DNA from: Pseudomonadota bacterium
GTDB taxonomy: Bacteria > Pseudomonadota > Alphaproteobacteria > Acetobacterales > Acetobacteraceae
Assembly (NCBI GenBank): GCA_023390705.1
Contig: JAEWCI010000148.1
Location: 1 to 30,516, forward strand
Length of the DNA stretch: 30,516 nt
Reading direction: 5' to 3'
Shown here: piece after piece, positions 1 to 8,865 of the stretch
Layout: the number at the start of each line of letters is the position of its first letter
Numbering within the stretch: the stretch's first letter is position 1
The notes under the pieces: model-generated
Seen by the model: only the letters and a program-made list of their open reading frames with translations
Database searches by the model: none
Told to the model about the DNA's origin: nothing
Position numbers and translations under genes: made by a program

Positions 1-1
1 G

Positions 2-790
2 GTGGTGGAGAACCGCACCGGCGCGGGCGTTGTCGTCGGCACCGAGGGCGTCGCCAAGGCGCCGAAGGACGGCCATACCTTCCTCTACAACACCATCGCC
101 CATTCGGTGCTGAGGCCGCTCTTCCCCCGTCTCTCCTTCGACCCGATCGCCGATTTCCAGCCGGTGGCGCTGCTCGGCCTCATCCCGCTGCTGCTGCTGG
201 TTACCAAGGAACTGCCGGCGCGCAACCTGCCGGAACTGGTCAAGCTGTTCCGCGAGAACCCCGGCAAATACGACTATGGCAGCAGCGGCAATGGCGGCGC
301 GGTGCATCTGGGGACCGAGCTGTTCCTGGCCCGTGCCGGTGGCCTGAAGGTCAACCACATCCCCTATCGCGGCAGCGCCCCGGCGATGCCGGACCTGCTC
401 TCCGGCCGGCTGGCCATGTTCCTGGACGTGGCGGCCAGCGGGCTTGCCTACCACCAGCGGGGCGAGGCCCGGGCGCTCGGCATCTCCTCGGCGCAGCGCA
501 TCCCGCAGGCGCCGGATGTGCCCACCTTCGCCGAAGGTGGCGTGGCGAATGCCGAGAGCTACACCTGGCACATGGTGCTGGCGCCCGCCGGCACGCCGGA
601 CGAGATCGTGCAGGCGATGAATGCCGCGCTCAACCGCGTGGCGGCCATGGAGCAGGTGAAGCGCCGCCTGTCCGACCTCACCATGCAGTTGCGCAGCGAC
701 ACCACGCCGGCAACGGCGACCCAATGGCTGAACGATGAACTGGCGAAGTGGACTCGCATCATTCAGGACGCCAGGATCGCGGTGAACTAA
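2..790 (+). CDS. Bug/TctC family tripartite tricarboxylate transporter substrate-binding protein (5' end outside window)
   Basis: Family motifs VENRTGAG, A-PKDGHT, YGSSGNG, HIPYRGSAPAMPDLLSG, PDVPTFAEGG, W..VLAPAGTP; stop TAA at 788-790. Confidence 0.93.
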   Translation: MVENRTGAGVVVGTEGVAKAPKDGHTFLYNTIAHSVLRPLFPRLSFDPIADFQPVALLGLIPLLLLVTKELPARNLPELVKLFRENPGKYDYGSSGNGGAVHLGTELFLARAGGLKVNHIPYRGSAPAMPDLLSGRLAMFLDVAASGLAYHQRGEARALGISSAQRIPQAPDVPTFAEGGVANAESYTWHMVLAPAGTPDEIVQAMNAALNRVAAMEQVKRRLSDLTMQLRSDTTPATATQWLNDELAKWTRIIQDARIAVN

Positions 791-836
791 GGCGCGTCGC
801 GCCCCTGCGCGAAGCCACCGGATAGATCACGCCGGA

Positions 837-972
837 GCATCCGCTGCCCGGCCAGAGCGGATGCCTGGCCAGAGCGGATCGCCGAAAGGCGTGAACGCCG
901 GGGAGCGTGAATCCGCTCTACAGACAACGACCTTCGGCGATTTGCGTGTTCAGGGTGACACGCAGACCGCCG
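837..972. repeat. Bipartite palindromic intergenic repeat (CIR/BRU-RS-like), copy A
   Basis: IR agagcggat 871-879 / atccgctct 911-919 with GANTC at 909-913; spacer cagacaac; second hairpin tgcgtgt...cacgca near 943-964; extra IR gcatccgct 837-845 / agcggatgc 856-864; 13-bp direct repeat ggccagagcggat at 850 and 867. Confidence 0.6.
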
Positions 973-1035
973 CAGGCGAAGGGCGGATGCTCCGGTGAAG
1001 CGGCTGCCGCCCGGCGGCACGGACCGCGGCCCGCT

Positions 1036-1422
1036 TCAGCCCGGCTGACGCCGCTGGGCCGCCGCGAGGATCAGGAGCAGACCCAGCACGACAAGGGCTG
1101 GCGCCGCGCTGGCAAACCCGTCACCGGCACGCCAATGGCTTCCGACGGCGCCCATCATCACCACGGCCATGCCCAGGATTCCGTGCTGCACCAGGCCGCG
1201 TGACAGCAGGGCGAGACCGCCGGCCAGTTCCGCCACGCCGATGGCGTACATGAACCAGCGTGCGTAGCCGAAATGCGCGAAGCTCTCCACCTCGAAGGGC
1301 GTCGCCATCAGCTTCATGATGCCGGCGGCGATGAACAGGACCGCCAGCAAGCCGCGCAGGCTCCAGAGGCCGATCCGTGCCGCGCGGCCGGGGAAGGGCA
1401 GTGCCGTGACGGTCGCGCTCAT
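1036..1422 (-). CDS. DoxX family membrane protein
   Basis: 128 aa with four hydrophobic segments; F..AG.MKL, F..FGY..WF...IG..E..GG..LL pattern typical of DoxX_2; ggggag upstream of the ATG. Confidence 0.88.
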   Translation of the reverse strand: MSATVTALPFPGRAARIGLWSLRGLLAVLFIAAGIMKLMATPFEVESFAHFGYARWFMYAIGVAELAGGLALLSRGLVQHGILGMAVVMMGAVGSHWRAGDGFASAAPALVVLGLLLILAAAQRRQPG

Positions 1423-1604
1423 GACAGGCGCTCCCCAAGCGATGCGCGGTTGGCTGCCTGTTCATGGACCGTGCAGGCCAGGCGCTTCGGGAAGCGACTC
1501 CAGCGAGTGCCACTGCAGCCATGGGGCCGCTCATCGCGCCGTGCCGCCGCGGGCCGGGCAGCAGGGCCTGCCACACTGGGCAGCAGGTAACCGGGGCAGG
1601 ACAT
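1419..1604 (-). CDS. Possible 61-aa small ORF coupled to doxX
   Basis: Strong SD aaggagg upstream of ATG 1604 and an ATGA stop/start overlap with doxX; codon usage is atypical and I recognise no homology. Confidence 0.3.
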   Translation of the reverse strand: MSCPGYLLPSVAGPAARPAAARRDERPHGCSGTRWSRFPKRLACTVHEQAANRASLGERLS

Positions 1605-1869
1605 CTCTCTTCCTCCTTTGGCCGGCTTGGCGGTGCCGCCGGCATGTTGTCATGGCCGGTATACGAAGGAGGCATTGCGAGGCGCAACCAATTTGTGTGG
1701 AAACACGCTCATGAAATGGGGCGACTGCCACACACAAATCTGCGATGCCGCGCTGCGGGAAGAAGACGCATGCAGATGCATGCAGAGACATTGCCGCGCA
1801 GTGTTGATGTCGCCACATCCTTGGGCGACTGCGGAACTTGGCCGGAAGCGCGGCGTCGGCCCGCGCCGC

Positions 1870-3600
1870 CTATCGCTGCATGCTGGCCAGTTCGGCTTCG
1901 TAGCGGCGCAGCACCTCGCGCCGCTTCACCTTCATGGTAGGGGTCAGCAGTCCCTCTTCCTGGGTGAAGGCCGGCACCCTGCGCCAGTGCCGGATGCGCT
2001 CGACATTGGAGAGTTTGCGGTTGGCGCGTTCGATTGCCGCGCCCACCGTGTCGGCATGGCCGTCGGCGGGGACGATGAGGGCGACGATGGCCGGCTGGCC
2101 TTCGCCGGCCACCACCGCCTGCGCCACTTCCGGCTCGGCCATCAGCAATGTCTCCAGCTTGGCCGGGCTGACCATGTCGCCACCCAGCGTCTTGATGAAG
2201 TCCCGCTTGCGGTCGGTGATGCGGATATAGCCGTCCTCGATCGCGGCCATGTCGCCGGTGTGCAGCCAGGGGCGGGGATCGTCCGGCGTGTCTTCCGCCG
2301 GGCGCAGCGCGGCGGCGGTGGCTTCGGGCGCGTTCCAGTAGCCGTCCATCACCAGGTCGCCGCGCACCAGCAATTCGCCATCCGGGGCGATGCGCACCTC
2401 CACCCCTTCGAGCGGCGGGCCCACCGTCTCCCGCCTGATCGCCCAGGGCGGATTGACGCTGACGACCGGCCCGGCCTCGGTCTGGCCATAGCCCTGGATC
2501 ACGGGCACGCCGAGCGCCAGGAAGAAGCCCGACAATCCCGGGTCCAGCCGCGCCCCGCCCGAAACCATGGCCACCAGCCGCCCGCCGAAGCGCGCCCGGA
2601 CCTTGCTGCGCACCAGCCGGTCCAGCACCCGGTCCTGCAGCCATTCCAGCGGGCCGAGGGGTGGCCCGTCCAGCTTGCGCAGGCCGAGTTCCACGGCGCG
2701 GTCGAACAGCCTCCGGCGGAACGGGCTCTGCTGCTCGCGCTGCGCCAGCATCCGTGCGCGCAGCAACTCGAACAGCCGCGGCACGGCGGTGACGATGGCC
2801 GGCCTGATCTCCTGGAATTCCTGCGCCAGCCGCTCGGCGCCGCGGGAATAGACGACCTCCACCCCCAGGGAGGGCAGCAGGAAGCCGACGGTATGCTCAT
2901 AGGCATGGCTCATCGGCAGGAAGGAGAGATAGGCCTCCCCGTCCAGGTGCAGCTTTTCGACGATGCGGGCCACGCCCTCCCGGTTCGAGAGCAGGGCGCG
3001 GTGCGGCAGCATGACTCCCTTGGGATGGTTGCCGGTGCCGGAGGTATAGACCAGGCAGGCCAGCCGCCCGGCCGGGATCCGCTCCGCCTCCGCCATCAGC
3101 ATGGCCAGGTCCGAGGGGGTGGCCATCACCTCCGCCCAGCCCGCGGTGGCGGTGCCGGGCAGGGCAGGGGCATCGGCCTCCATGGTCGCCAGCAGGTCCA
3201 GGCCGTGGGCGGCGGCGCCCTCCTTCACCTTTTCGGCAAGTCGGGCGGAGGAGACGATGGCCGCCCGTGCCCCGGAATCGCCCAGGACATGGGCATGGTC
3301 GGCGGCGGTATTGGTGGTGTAGGTCGGGACGGTGACGCCGCCGATCGCCATGATGGCGGTATCGGCAATTAGGAATTCCGGCCGGTTCTCGCCGACCAGC
3401 AGCACCCTGTCCCCCGGCGTGATGCCGCGGGCCCGCAGGAAGGCCGCCACATGGCCCGCGGCTTCGGCGAATTCCGCCCAGGTCATGCGCCGCCAGGCGC
3501 CATCCTTCCAGTAGCGCAGCATCGGCCGGTCCGGCCGCTGCCGGGCCATGGCGAACATCATGCCTGGCAGGCTGCTCCACGGCACCGAGCGCTGAGTCAT
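1870..3600 (-). CDS. Long-chain fatty acid-CoA ligase (AMP-dependent synthetase, FAA1/FadD15-like)
   Basis: AMP-binding loop YTSGTGNHPKG, QGYGQTEA, WLHTGD, ITDRKRD, LLTPTMKVKR; ATG 3600 preceded by ggggaagagg. Confidence 0.93.
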   Translation of the reverse strand: MTQRSVPWSSLPGMMFAMARQRPDRPMLRYWKDGAWRRMTWAEFAEAAGHVAAFLRARGITPGDRVLLVGENRPEFLIADTAIMAIGGVTVPTYTTNTAADHAHVLGDSGARAAIVSSARLAEKVKEGAAAHGLDLLATMEADAPALPGTATAGWAEVMATPSDLAMLMAEAERIPAGRLACLVYTSGTGNHPKGVMLPHRALLSNREGVARIVEKLHLDGEAYLSFLPMSHAYEHTVGFLLPSLGVEVVYSRGAERLAQEFQEIRPAIVTAVPRLFELLRARMLAQREQQSPFRRRLFDRAVELGLRKLDGPPLGPLEWLQDRVLDRLVRSKVRARFGGRLVAMVSGGARLDPGLSGFFLALGVPVIQGYGQTEAGPVVSVNPPWAIRRETVGPPLEGVEVRIAPDGELLVRGDLVMDGYWNAPEATAAALRPAEDTPDDPRPWLHTGDMAAIEDGYIRITDRKRDFIKTLGGDMVSPAKLETLLMAEPEVAQAVVAGEGQPAIVALIVPADGHADTVGAAIERANRKLSNVERIRHWRRVPAFTQEEGLLTPTMKVKRREVLRRYEAELASMQR

Positions 3601-3627
3601 GACCGGCCTCTTCCCCGCGCGGCCCCG

Positions 3628-3655
3628 CTTGGCCGCGTCCCCGTCTGCCTTATAT
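3628..3655 (+). promoter_or_regulatory. RpoH (sigma32)-like promoter upstream of pepF
   Basis: CTTG (3628-3631), N16, CCTTATAT (3648-3655); resembles the alphaproteobacterial RpoH consensus CTTG-N16/18-CCTATAT. Confidence 0.45.
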
Positions 3656-3680
3656 GTTCCCCGTGACCCGCGCTGAACCC

Positions 3681-5525
3681 ATGCCATTCTCCCCCTGCGC
3701 CCCCGCCGCTCCGGCCATGGACGCCCCCCGTGCCCCGCTCGATGTCGGCGCAGCCACCTCCGGCCTGCCGAGCTGGGACCTCTCGGATCTCTATGCCGGC
3801 CCGGACGACCCGGCGCTGGCCCGGGACCTGGACCAGGCCGCCGCCGATGCCGCCGGTTTCCAGGCGGCCAATGCCGGCCGGCTCGCCGCCATGCCGGGCG
3901 ATGCCCTGGCCGCCGCCATCGCGGAATATGAGCGGATCGAGGAGGTGCTGGGCAAGGCGATGAGCTTCGCCTCCCTGGTCTTCGCCGGGGATGCGCTGAA
4001 GCCGGAGAATGGCCGCTTCTACCAGACCCTGCAGGAGAGGGTGACCGCCATCTCCTCCGACCTCATCTTCTTCACGCTGGAACTGAACCGGCTGGAGGAC
4101 AGGGTGCTGGAGCAGAAGCTGGCCGGCAGCGCGGCCCTGGCCCGCTGGCGGCCCTGGCTGCGCGACCTGCGCGTCTTCCGCCCGCACCAGCTTTCGGATG
4201 AGCTGGAAAAACTGCTGCACGAAAAGGAGGTCACCGGCCGCTCCGCCTGGAACCGGCTGTTCGACGAGACCGTCGCCGGCATGACGGTGGATGTCGCAGG
4301 CGAGAGGCTGACCGTCTCGGCGGCGCTCAACAGGCTTTCGGACCGCGACCGCGCGGTGCGCGCCGCCGCCGCCAAGGGCGTCTCCGAAGCCTTCGGGGAG
4401 AAGGTGCGGCTGTTCTCGCTGATCACCAACACCCTGGCGAAGGACAAGGAGATCATCGACGGCTGGCGCCACTATCCGCGCCCGGGCAGCTATCGCAACC
4501 GCGCCAACATGGTCGAGGACGAGGTGGTGGATGCGCTGGTGGCGGCGGTGCGGGAAAGCTTCCCGCGCCTCTCCCACCGCTACTACGCCATGAAGGCGAA
4601 GTGGCTCGGGCTGGAGAAGCTTCAGCACTGGGACCGCAACGCGCCCCTGCCGGAGGAGGACGACAAGCCGATCGGCTGGCCGGATGCGGTGACGCGGGTG
4701 CTGGAAAGCTACGCCGCCTTCAGCCCGGAACTGGCCGCCCTCGGCCGGCGCTTCTTCGAGAAGCCCTGGGTTGATGCCGCGCTGCGCCCGGGCAAGGCGA
4801 GCGGGGCCTTCGCCCATCCCACGGTGCCCTCGGTCCATCCCTATCTGCTGCTCAACTACCACGGCAAGCCGCGGGACGTGATGACCCTGGCGCATGAGCT
4901 TGGCCATGGCGTGCACCAGATCCTGGCCGGGCAGCAGGGCTATCTGCTCTCGAACACCCCGCTGACCCTGGCCGAGACCGCCAGCGTCTTCGGCGAGATG
5001 CTGACCTTCCGCGCCCTGCTGGACGCCGAGACCGACCCCCGCCGCCGCCGCGCCATGCTGGCCGGCAAGGTGGAGGACATGCTGAACACCGTGGTCCGGC
5101 AGATCGCCTTCTACCGCTTCGAGACGCTGCTGCATGACGAGCGCAGGCAGGGCGAGCTTTCGCACGAACGCATCGCCGAGCTGTGGATGCAGGTGCAGAC
5201 CGAAAGCCTTGGCCCGGCCTTCGAATTCACCCCGGATTACGGGGTGTACTGGGCCTATATCCCGCATTTCGTGCATACGCCCTTCTATGTCTATGCCTAT
5301 GCCTTCGGGGATTGCCTGGTGAACGCGCTCTACGGCGTCTATCGCGATGGCTCGGTGCCGGATTTCCAGGCGAAATACCTGGAATTGCTGCGTGCCGGCG
5401 GCACCCTGCGCCACAAGGAATTGCTGGCCCCCTTCGGCCTGGATGCCTCCGACCCCGGCTTCTGGAAGCGCGGGCTGGACGTGATCTCCGGCTTCATCGA
5501 CGAGATCGAGGCCGCCGGTGTCTGA
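3681..5525 (+). CDS. pepF: M3B family oligoendopeptidase F
   Basis: N-terminal WDLSDLY, GKASGAF, Zn motif TLAHELGHGVH, downstream LAETASVF, IPHF..PFYVYAYAFG. Start could be 3681 or 3717. Confidence 0.93.
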   Translation: MPFSPCAPAAPAMDAPRAPLDVGAATSGLPSWDLSDLYAGPDDPALARDLDQAAADAAGFQAANAGRLAAMPGDALAAAIAEYERIEEVLGKAMSFASLVFAGDALKPENGRFYQTLQERVTAISSDLIFFTLELNRLEDRVLEQKLAGSAALARWRPWLRDLRVFRPHQLSDELEKLLHEKEVTGRSAWNRLFDETVAGMTVDVAGERLTVSAALNRLSDRDRAVRAAAAKGVSEAFGEKVRLFSLITNTLAKDKEIIDGWRHYPRPGSYRNRANMVEDEVVDALVAAVRESFPRLSHRYYAMKAKWLGLEKLQHWDRNAPLPEEDDKPIGWPDAVTRVLESYAAFSPELAALGRRFFEKPWVDAALRPGKASGAFAHPTVPSVHPYLLLNYHGKPRDVMTLAHELGHGVHQILAGQQGYLLSNTPLTLAETASVFGEMLTFRALLDAETDPRRRRAMLAGKVEDMLNTVVRQIAFYRFETLLHDERRQGELSHERIAELWMQVQTESLGPAFEFTPDYGVYWAYIPHFVHTPFYVYAYAFGDCLVNALYGVYRDGSVPDFQAKYLELLRAGGTLRHKELLAPFGLDASDPGFWKRGLDVISGFIDEIEAAGV

Positions 5526-6882
5526 CCGGGAAAGCTCGCTCTTCGGCGAGTTGCGGCGCATGGCGCGCACCTCCGGCGCGGTGGGCGGCATTGCCGCGCG
5601 CGTGGCGGGGCAGCGTTTCCTCGGCCTGCGCACCGACAAGGCGGCGCATGCCAACGATCTGAAGGCGGTGCTCGGCGGGTTGAAGGGCCCGCTGATGAAG
5701 GTGGCGCAATTCCTCTCCACCGTGCCGGACGCGCTGCCGCAGGAATATGCCGAGCAACTGGCGACCCTGCAGGCCAATGCCCCGCCCATGGGCTGGCCCT
5801 TCGTCCGCCGCCGCATGGCCAGCGAACTGGGGCCGGACTGGCAATCCCGCTTCGCCGAATTCGGCCACACCGCCGCGGCGGCCGCCTCGCTCGGCCAGGT
5901 CCACCGCGCCCGCCTGCCGGATGGGCGGGATGTCGCCTGCAAGCTGCAATACCCCGACATGCCGAGCGTGGTGGAGGCCGATCTCCGCCAGCTCAAGCTG
6001 GCCATGGGGCTCTATCAGCGCATGGACAGCACGCTCGACCATGGCGAGGTCTATGCCGAGATCGCCGAGCGGCTGCGCGAGGAGCTGGACTACCTGCGCG
6101 AAGCCGCGCAGATGCGGCTCTATGGCCGGATGCTCGCGGGCCTCGACGATGTCAGCGTCCCTGTGCCGGTCGAGGGCTACTGCACGAAGCGCCTGCTGAC
6201 GATGACCTGGCTGGAAGGCCGCGCCATCCAGGCCCGGCTGGCCGAGGAGCCGCCCCTGGAGGAGCGCAACGCCTACGCCATGGCGCTGTTCCACGCCTGG
6301 TACCTGCCCTTCTATCGCTACGGCGTCATCCATGGCGACCCGCATCTGGGCAACTACCAGGTCCGGCCCGACCGGCGGGGCATCAACCTGCTGGATTTCG
6401 GCACCATCCGCGTCTTCCCCGCCAGCTTCGTCACCGGCGTCATCCACCTCTATGAAGCGGTGCGGGACCATGACGAGGACAAGGCCCATGCCGCCTATGA
6501 AAGCTGGGGCTTCCGCAACCTGAGCCGGGAGACGATGGCGGTGCTGAACCTCTGGGCCCGCTTCCTCTATGAGCCACTGGTCCAGGACCGGGTGCGGCCG
6601 ATCCAGGAATCGGACGACCCGGCCTATGGCCGCAAGATCGCCGCCAAGGTGCATGAGGGGCTTAAGCGCACCGGCGGCGTGAAGGTGCCGCGGGAATTCC
6701 CCCTCATGGACCGTGCCGCGGTCGGCCTCGGCAGCGTCTTCCTGCGGTTGCGGGCCGAGCTCAATTGGCACCGGCTCTTCCTGGAAATGATCGAGGGCTT
6801 TTCCGAACGGGAACTGGCCGAACGGCAGGCGGCCGCGCTGCGCGAAGCAGGCGTGCCGGTGGTGTCCGCCGCAGCAGGGTAG
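5518..6882 (+). CDS. ABC1/AarF/UbiB (COQ8-like) atypical kinase family protein
   Basis: LKGPLMKVAQ (KxGQ-like), AAASLGQVHRA, VACKLQYP, EELDY..EA, HGDPHLGNY, LLDFG; GTG start overlaps the pepF 3' end by 8 nt. Confidence 0.92.
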   Translation: MSDRESSLFGELRRMARTSGAVGGIAARVAGQRFLGLRTDKAAHANDLKAVLGGLKGPLMKVAQFLSTVPDALPQEYAEQLATLQANAPPMGWPFVRRRMASELGPDWQSRFAEFGHTAAAAASLGQVHRARLPDGRDVACKLQYPDMPSVVEADLRQLKLAMGLYQRMDSTLDHGEVYAEIAERLREELDYLREAAQMRLYGRMLAGLDDVSVPVPVEGYCTKRLLTMTWLEGRAIQARLAEEPPLEERNAYAMALFHAWYLPFYRYGVIHGDPHLGNYQVRPDRRGINLLDFGTIRVFPASFVTGVIHLYEAVRDHDEDKAHAAYESWGFRNLSRETMAVLNLWARFLYEPLVQDRVRPIQESDDPAYGRKIAAKVHEGLKRTGGVKVPREFPLMDRAAVGLGSVFLRLRAELNWHRLFLEMIEGFSERELAERQAAALREAGVPVVSAAAG

Positions 6883-6892
6883 CAATCCACAG

Positions 6893-6995
6893 CCGAGTCC
6901 GTGGTTGAACGCATGCGTTCGAGCGGCTTGGAAAATGGGTCAAAAACAAAGGGTAGAGCGGCTTCGCCGCGCATGGGCACGGCGAAGCCGTGCTG
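6893..6995. repeat. Bipartite palindromic intergenic repeat, copy B
   Basis: GANTC 6895-6899; perfect palindrome gaacgcatgcgttc 6907-6920; A-rich spacer aaaaacaaagggtagagcgg; perfect 11-bp IR cggcttcgccg 6959-6969 / cggcgaagccg 6980-6990; about 50 bp align with 23162-23210. Confidence 0.6.
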
Positions 6996-7274
6996 CGCGT
7001 GAACCGTGCGGCCGGGAAGGCCGGACCATAAGGGGCGTTCCTGTCCGCTCCGATCACGGTCCAGGGCCGGCCAAGGCCTGGCGGACCCGGTCTGGCCGGG
7101 CAGGCCAAACCGTGGCCGGCCCGCGCGGTGCCACCTCCCGGAAGGTCCGAAGGCATCGCGAAACCTGCCCAAACCAGAGGCATTTCGGGAATTCGGGAAC
7201 GTCTTCCCACCTTCCGGCGGCTTGCCGGGCCCGGCCCCTTCGCGCATCTTTCCGCCAATCTTGGGGAGCCGCGC

Positions 7275-8432
7275 ATGCGACTGGCAGTGCTGAAGGAAAG
7301 GCGACCGGCGGAAACCCGTGTCGCGGCGACGCCGGAGACGGTGAAGAAACTCATCGGGCTCGGCCTGAGCGTGGCGGTCGAAACCGGCGCCGGCCTCACC
7401 GCCGGCATTCCCGATGCCGCCTTCGCCGAGGCCGGCGCCGAGATCGCCCCGGATGCCGCGGCGGCGCTCTCCGGCGCCGGCATCCTGTTCAAGGTGCGCG
7501 CGCCGCTCGGCGCCGGCGAGGGCGCGGTGGACGAGCTATCGCTGATCCCGCGCGGCGCCCTGGTGCTGGCGCAGATGAACGCCGATGCCGCCACGGCCGG
7601 GACCTATGCCTCGCTCGGCCTTGAGGCCTGCGCCATGGAATTGCTGCCGCGCATTACCCGCGCGCAGTCCATGGACATCCTTTCCTCCCAGGCCAACCTC
7701 GCGGGCTACCGCGCGGTGGTCGAGGCCGCCGCGGCCTTCGACAAGGGCTTCCCCATGCTGATGACCGCCGCCGGCACCATCCCGGCGGCGAATGTCTTCG
7801 TCATGGGCGCCGGCGTGGCCGGGCTGCAGGCCATCGCCACCGCCCGCCGACTCGGGGGCCGGGTCTCCGCCACCGATGTCCGCCCGGCGGCGAAGGAGGA
7901 GATCAAGTCGCTCGGCGCCAGCTTCGTCGGCCATGAGGACGAGGAAAGCCGCGCCGCCCAGACCGCCGGCGGCTACGCCAAGGCCATGAGCCCCGAGTTC
8001 ATGCGCAAGCAGGCGGAGGTCGTGGCCTCCCATATCGCCAAGCAGGACATCGTCATCTGCACCGCCCTGGTGCAGGGCCGCCGGGCACCGACCCTGGTGA
8101 CCGAGGCGATGGTGGCTTCCATGAAGCCGGGCAGCGTCATCGTGGATATCGCCGCCGATGCCGGCGGCAATTGCGCCGTGACCAAGCCGGGCGAGGCCAT
8201 CACCACGACGAATGGCGTGCAGGTGCTGGGCTACCAGAACTGGCCCGGCCGCATCCCCGCCGCCGCCTCCGCGCTGTTCGCCCGCAACCTGCTGACCTTC
8301 CTGACCACCTTCTGGGACAAGGAAGCGAATGCGCCGAAGCTGCCGCCGGAGGACGATATCGTGAAGGGCGTGACGCTGACCCGCGGCGGTGCCGTCGTGC
8401 ATCCCAGCCTCGCGCCGGCGCAAGCCGCCTGA
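7275..8432 (+). CDS. pntAA: NAD(P) transhydrogenase alpha subunit part 1 (dI, PntAA)
   Basis: ETRVAATPETVKKL, ELLPRITRAQSMDILSSQANLAGYRAV, Rossmann GAGVAGLQA, GGYAK, D.AAD.GGNC; SD ggggag before ATG 7275. Confidence 0.96.
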   Translation: MRLAVLKERRPAETRVAATPETVKKLIGLGLSVAVETGAGLTAGIPDAAFAEAGAEIAPDAAAALSGAGILFKVRAPLGAGEGAVDELSLIPRGALVLAQMNADAATAGTYASLGLEACAMELLPRITRAQSMDILSSQANLAGYRAVVEAAAAFDKGFPMLMTAAGTIPAANVFVMGAGVAGLQAIATARRLGGRVSATDVRPAAKEEIKSLGASFVGHEDEESRAAQTAGGYAKAMSPEFMRKQAEVVASHIAKQDIVICTALVQGRRAPTLVTEAMVASMKPGSVIVDIAADAGGNCAVTKPGEAITTTNGVQVLGYQNWPGRIPAAASALFARNLLTFLTTFWDKEANAPKLPPEDDIVKGVTLTRGGAVVHPSLAPAQAA

Positions 8433-8462
8433 GCCCCGTGGCCTGACCGAGGGACCGCACCC

Positions 8463-8861
8463 ATGAACCCGACCGAACTGGCCAACCAGGCCCAGGCGAC
8501 GGCCGAGCGCGCGCTCGCCCTGGCCGCCCAGGCCCGTGCCCTGGCCGAAGCCCATATCGAGCCGGTGGCCGCCGCCGCCGACCCCTTCCTCTTCCTGCTG
8601 ACCATCTTCCTGCTGGCCTGCTTCGTCGGCTACTACGTGGTCTGGTCGGTCACCCCGGCGCTGCACAGCCCGCTGATGGGCGTGACCAACGCCATCTCCT
8701 CGGTGATCGTGGTCGGCGCCATCCTGGCCACCGGCCTGGGTGAGAGCCTTGCCGCCAAGGTCTTCGGCTTCCTCGCCGCCATGCTGGCGGCGGTGAACAT
8801 CTTCGGCGGCTTCCTCGTCACCCGCCGGATGCTCTCCATGTTCAAGAAGAAGGGGAGCTGA
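8463..8861 (+). CDS. pntAB: NAD(P) transhydrogenase alpha subunit part 2 (PntAB)
   Basis: [25 protein letters not shown] and [17 protein letters not shown] signatures. Confidence 0.96.
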   Translation: MNPTELANQAQATAERALALAAQARALAEAHIEPVAAAADPFLFLLTIFLLACFVGYYVVWSVTPALHSPLMGVTNAISSVIVVGAILATGLGESLAAKVFGFLAAMLAAVNIFGGFLVTRRMLSMFKKKGS

Positions 8862-8865
8862 GCCG

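Noticed and set aside
1480..1530. gggaag...gccactg as a possible cobalamin riboswitch
   Set aside because: Elements are in the wrong order and spacing, the rest of the B12 box is missing, and no B12-related gene lies downstream.
3597..6005. 802-aa minus-strand ORF, and similar long ORFs at 1618-3372, 8842-10266, 10332-12470, 18628-19992, 24192-26282 and 27004-28794
   Set aside because: Antisense shadows of well-recognised genes; expected with high-GC codon bias; no domain motifs.
7275..8861. Split pntA as a frameshift or pseudogene
   Set aside because: The PntAA/PntAB split is the established Rhodospirillum rubrum-type organisation; both parts have their own starts and intact motifs.
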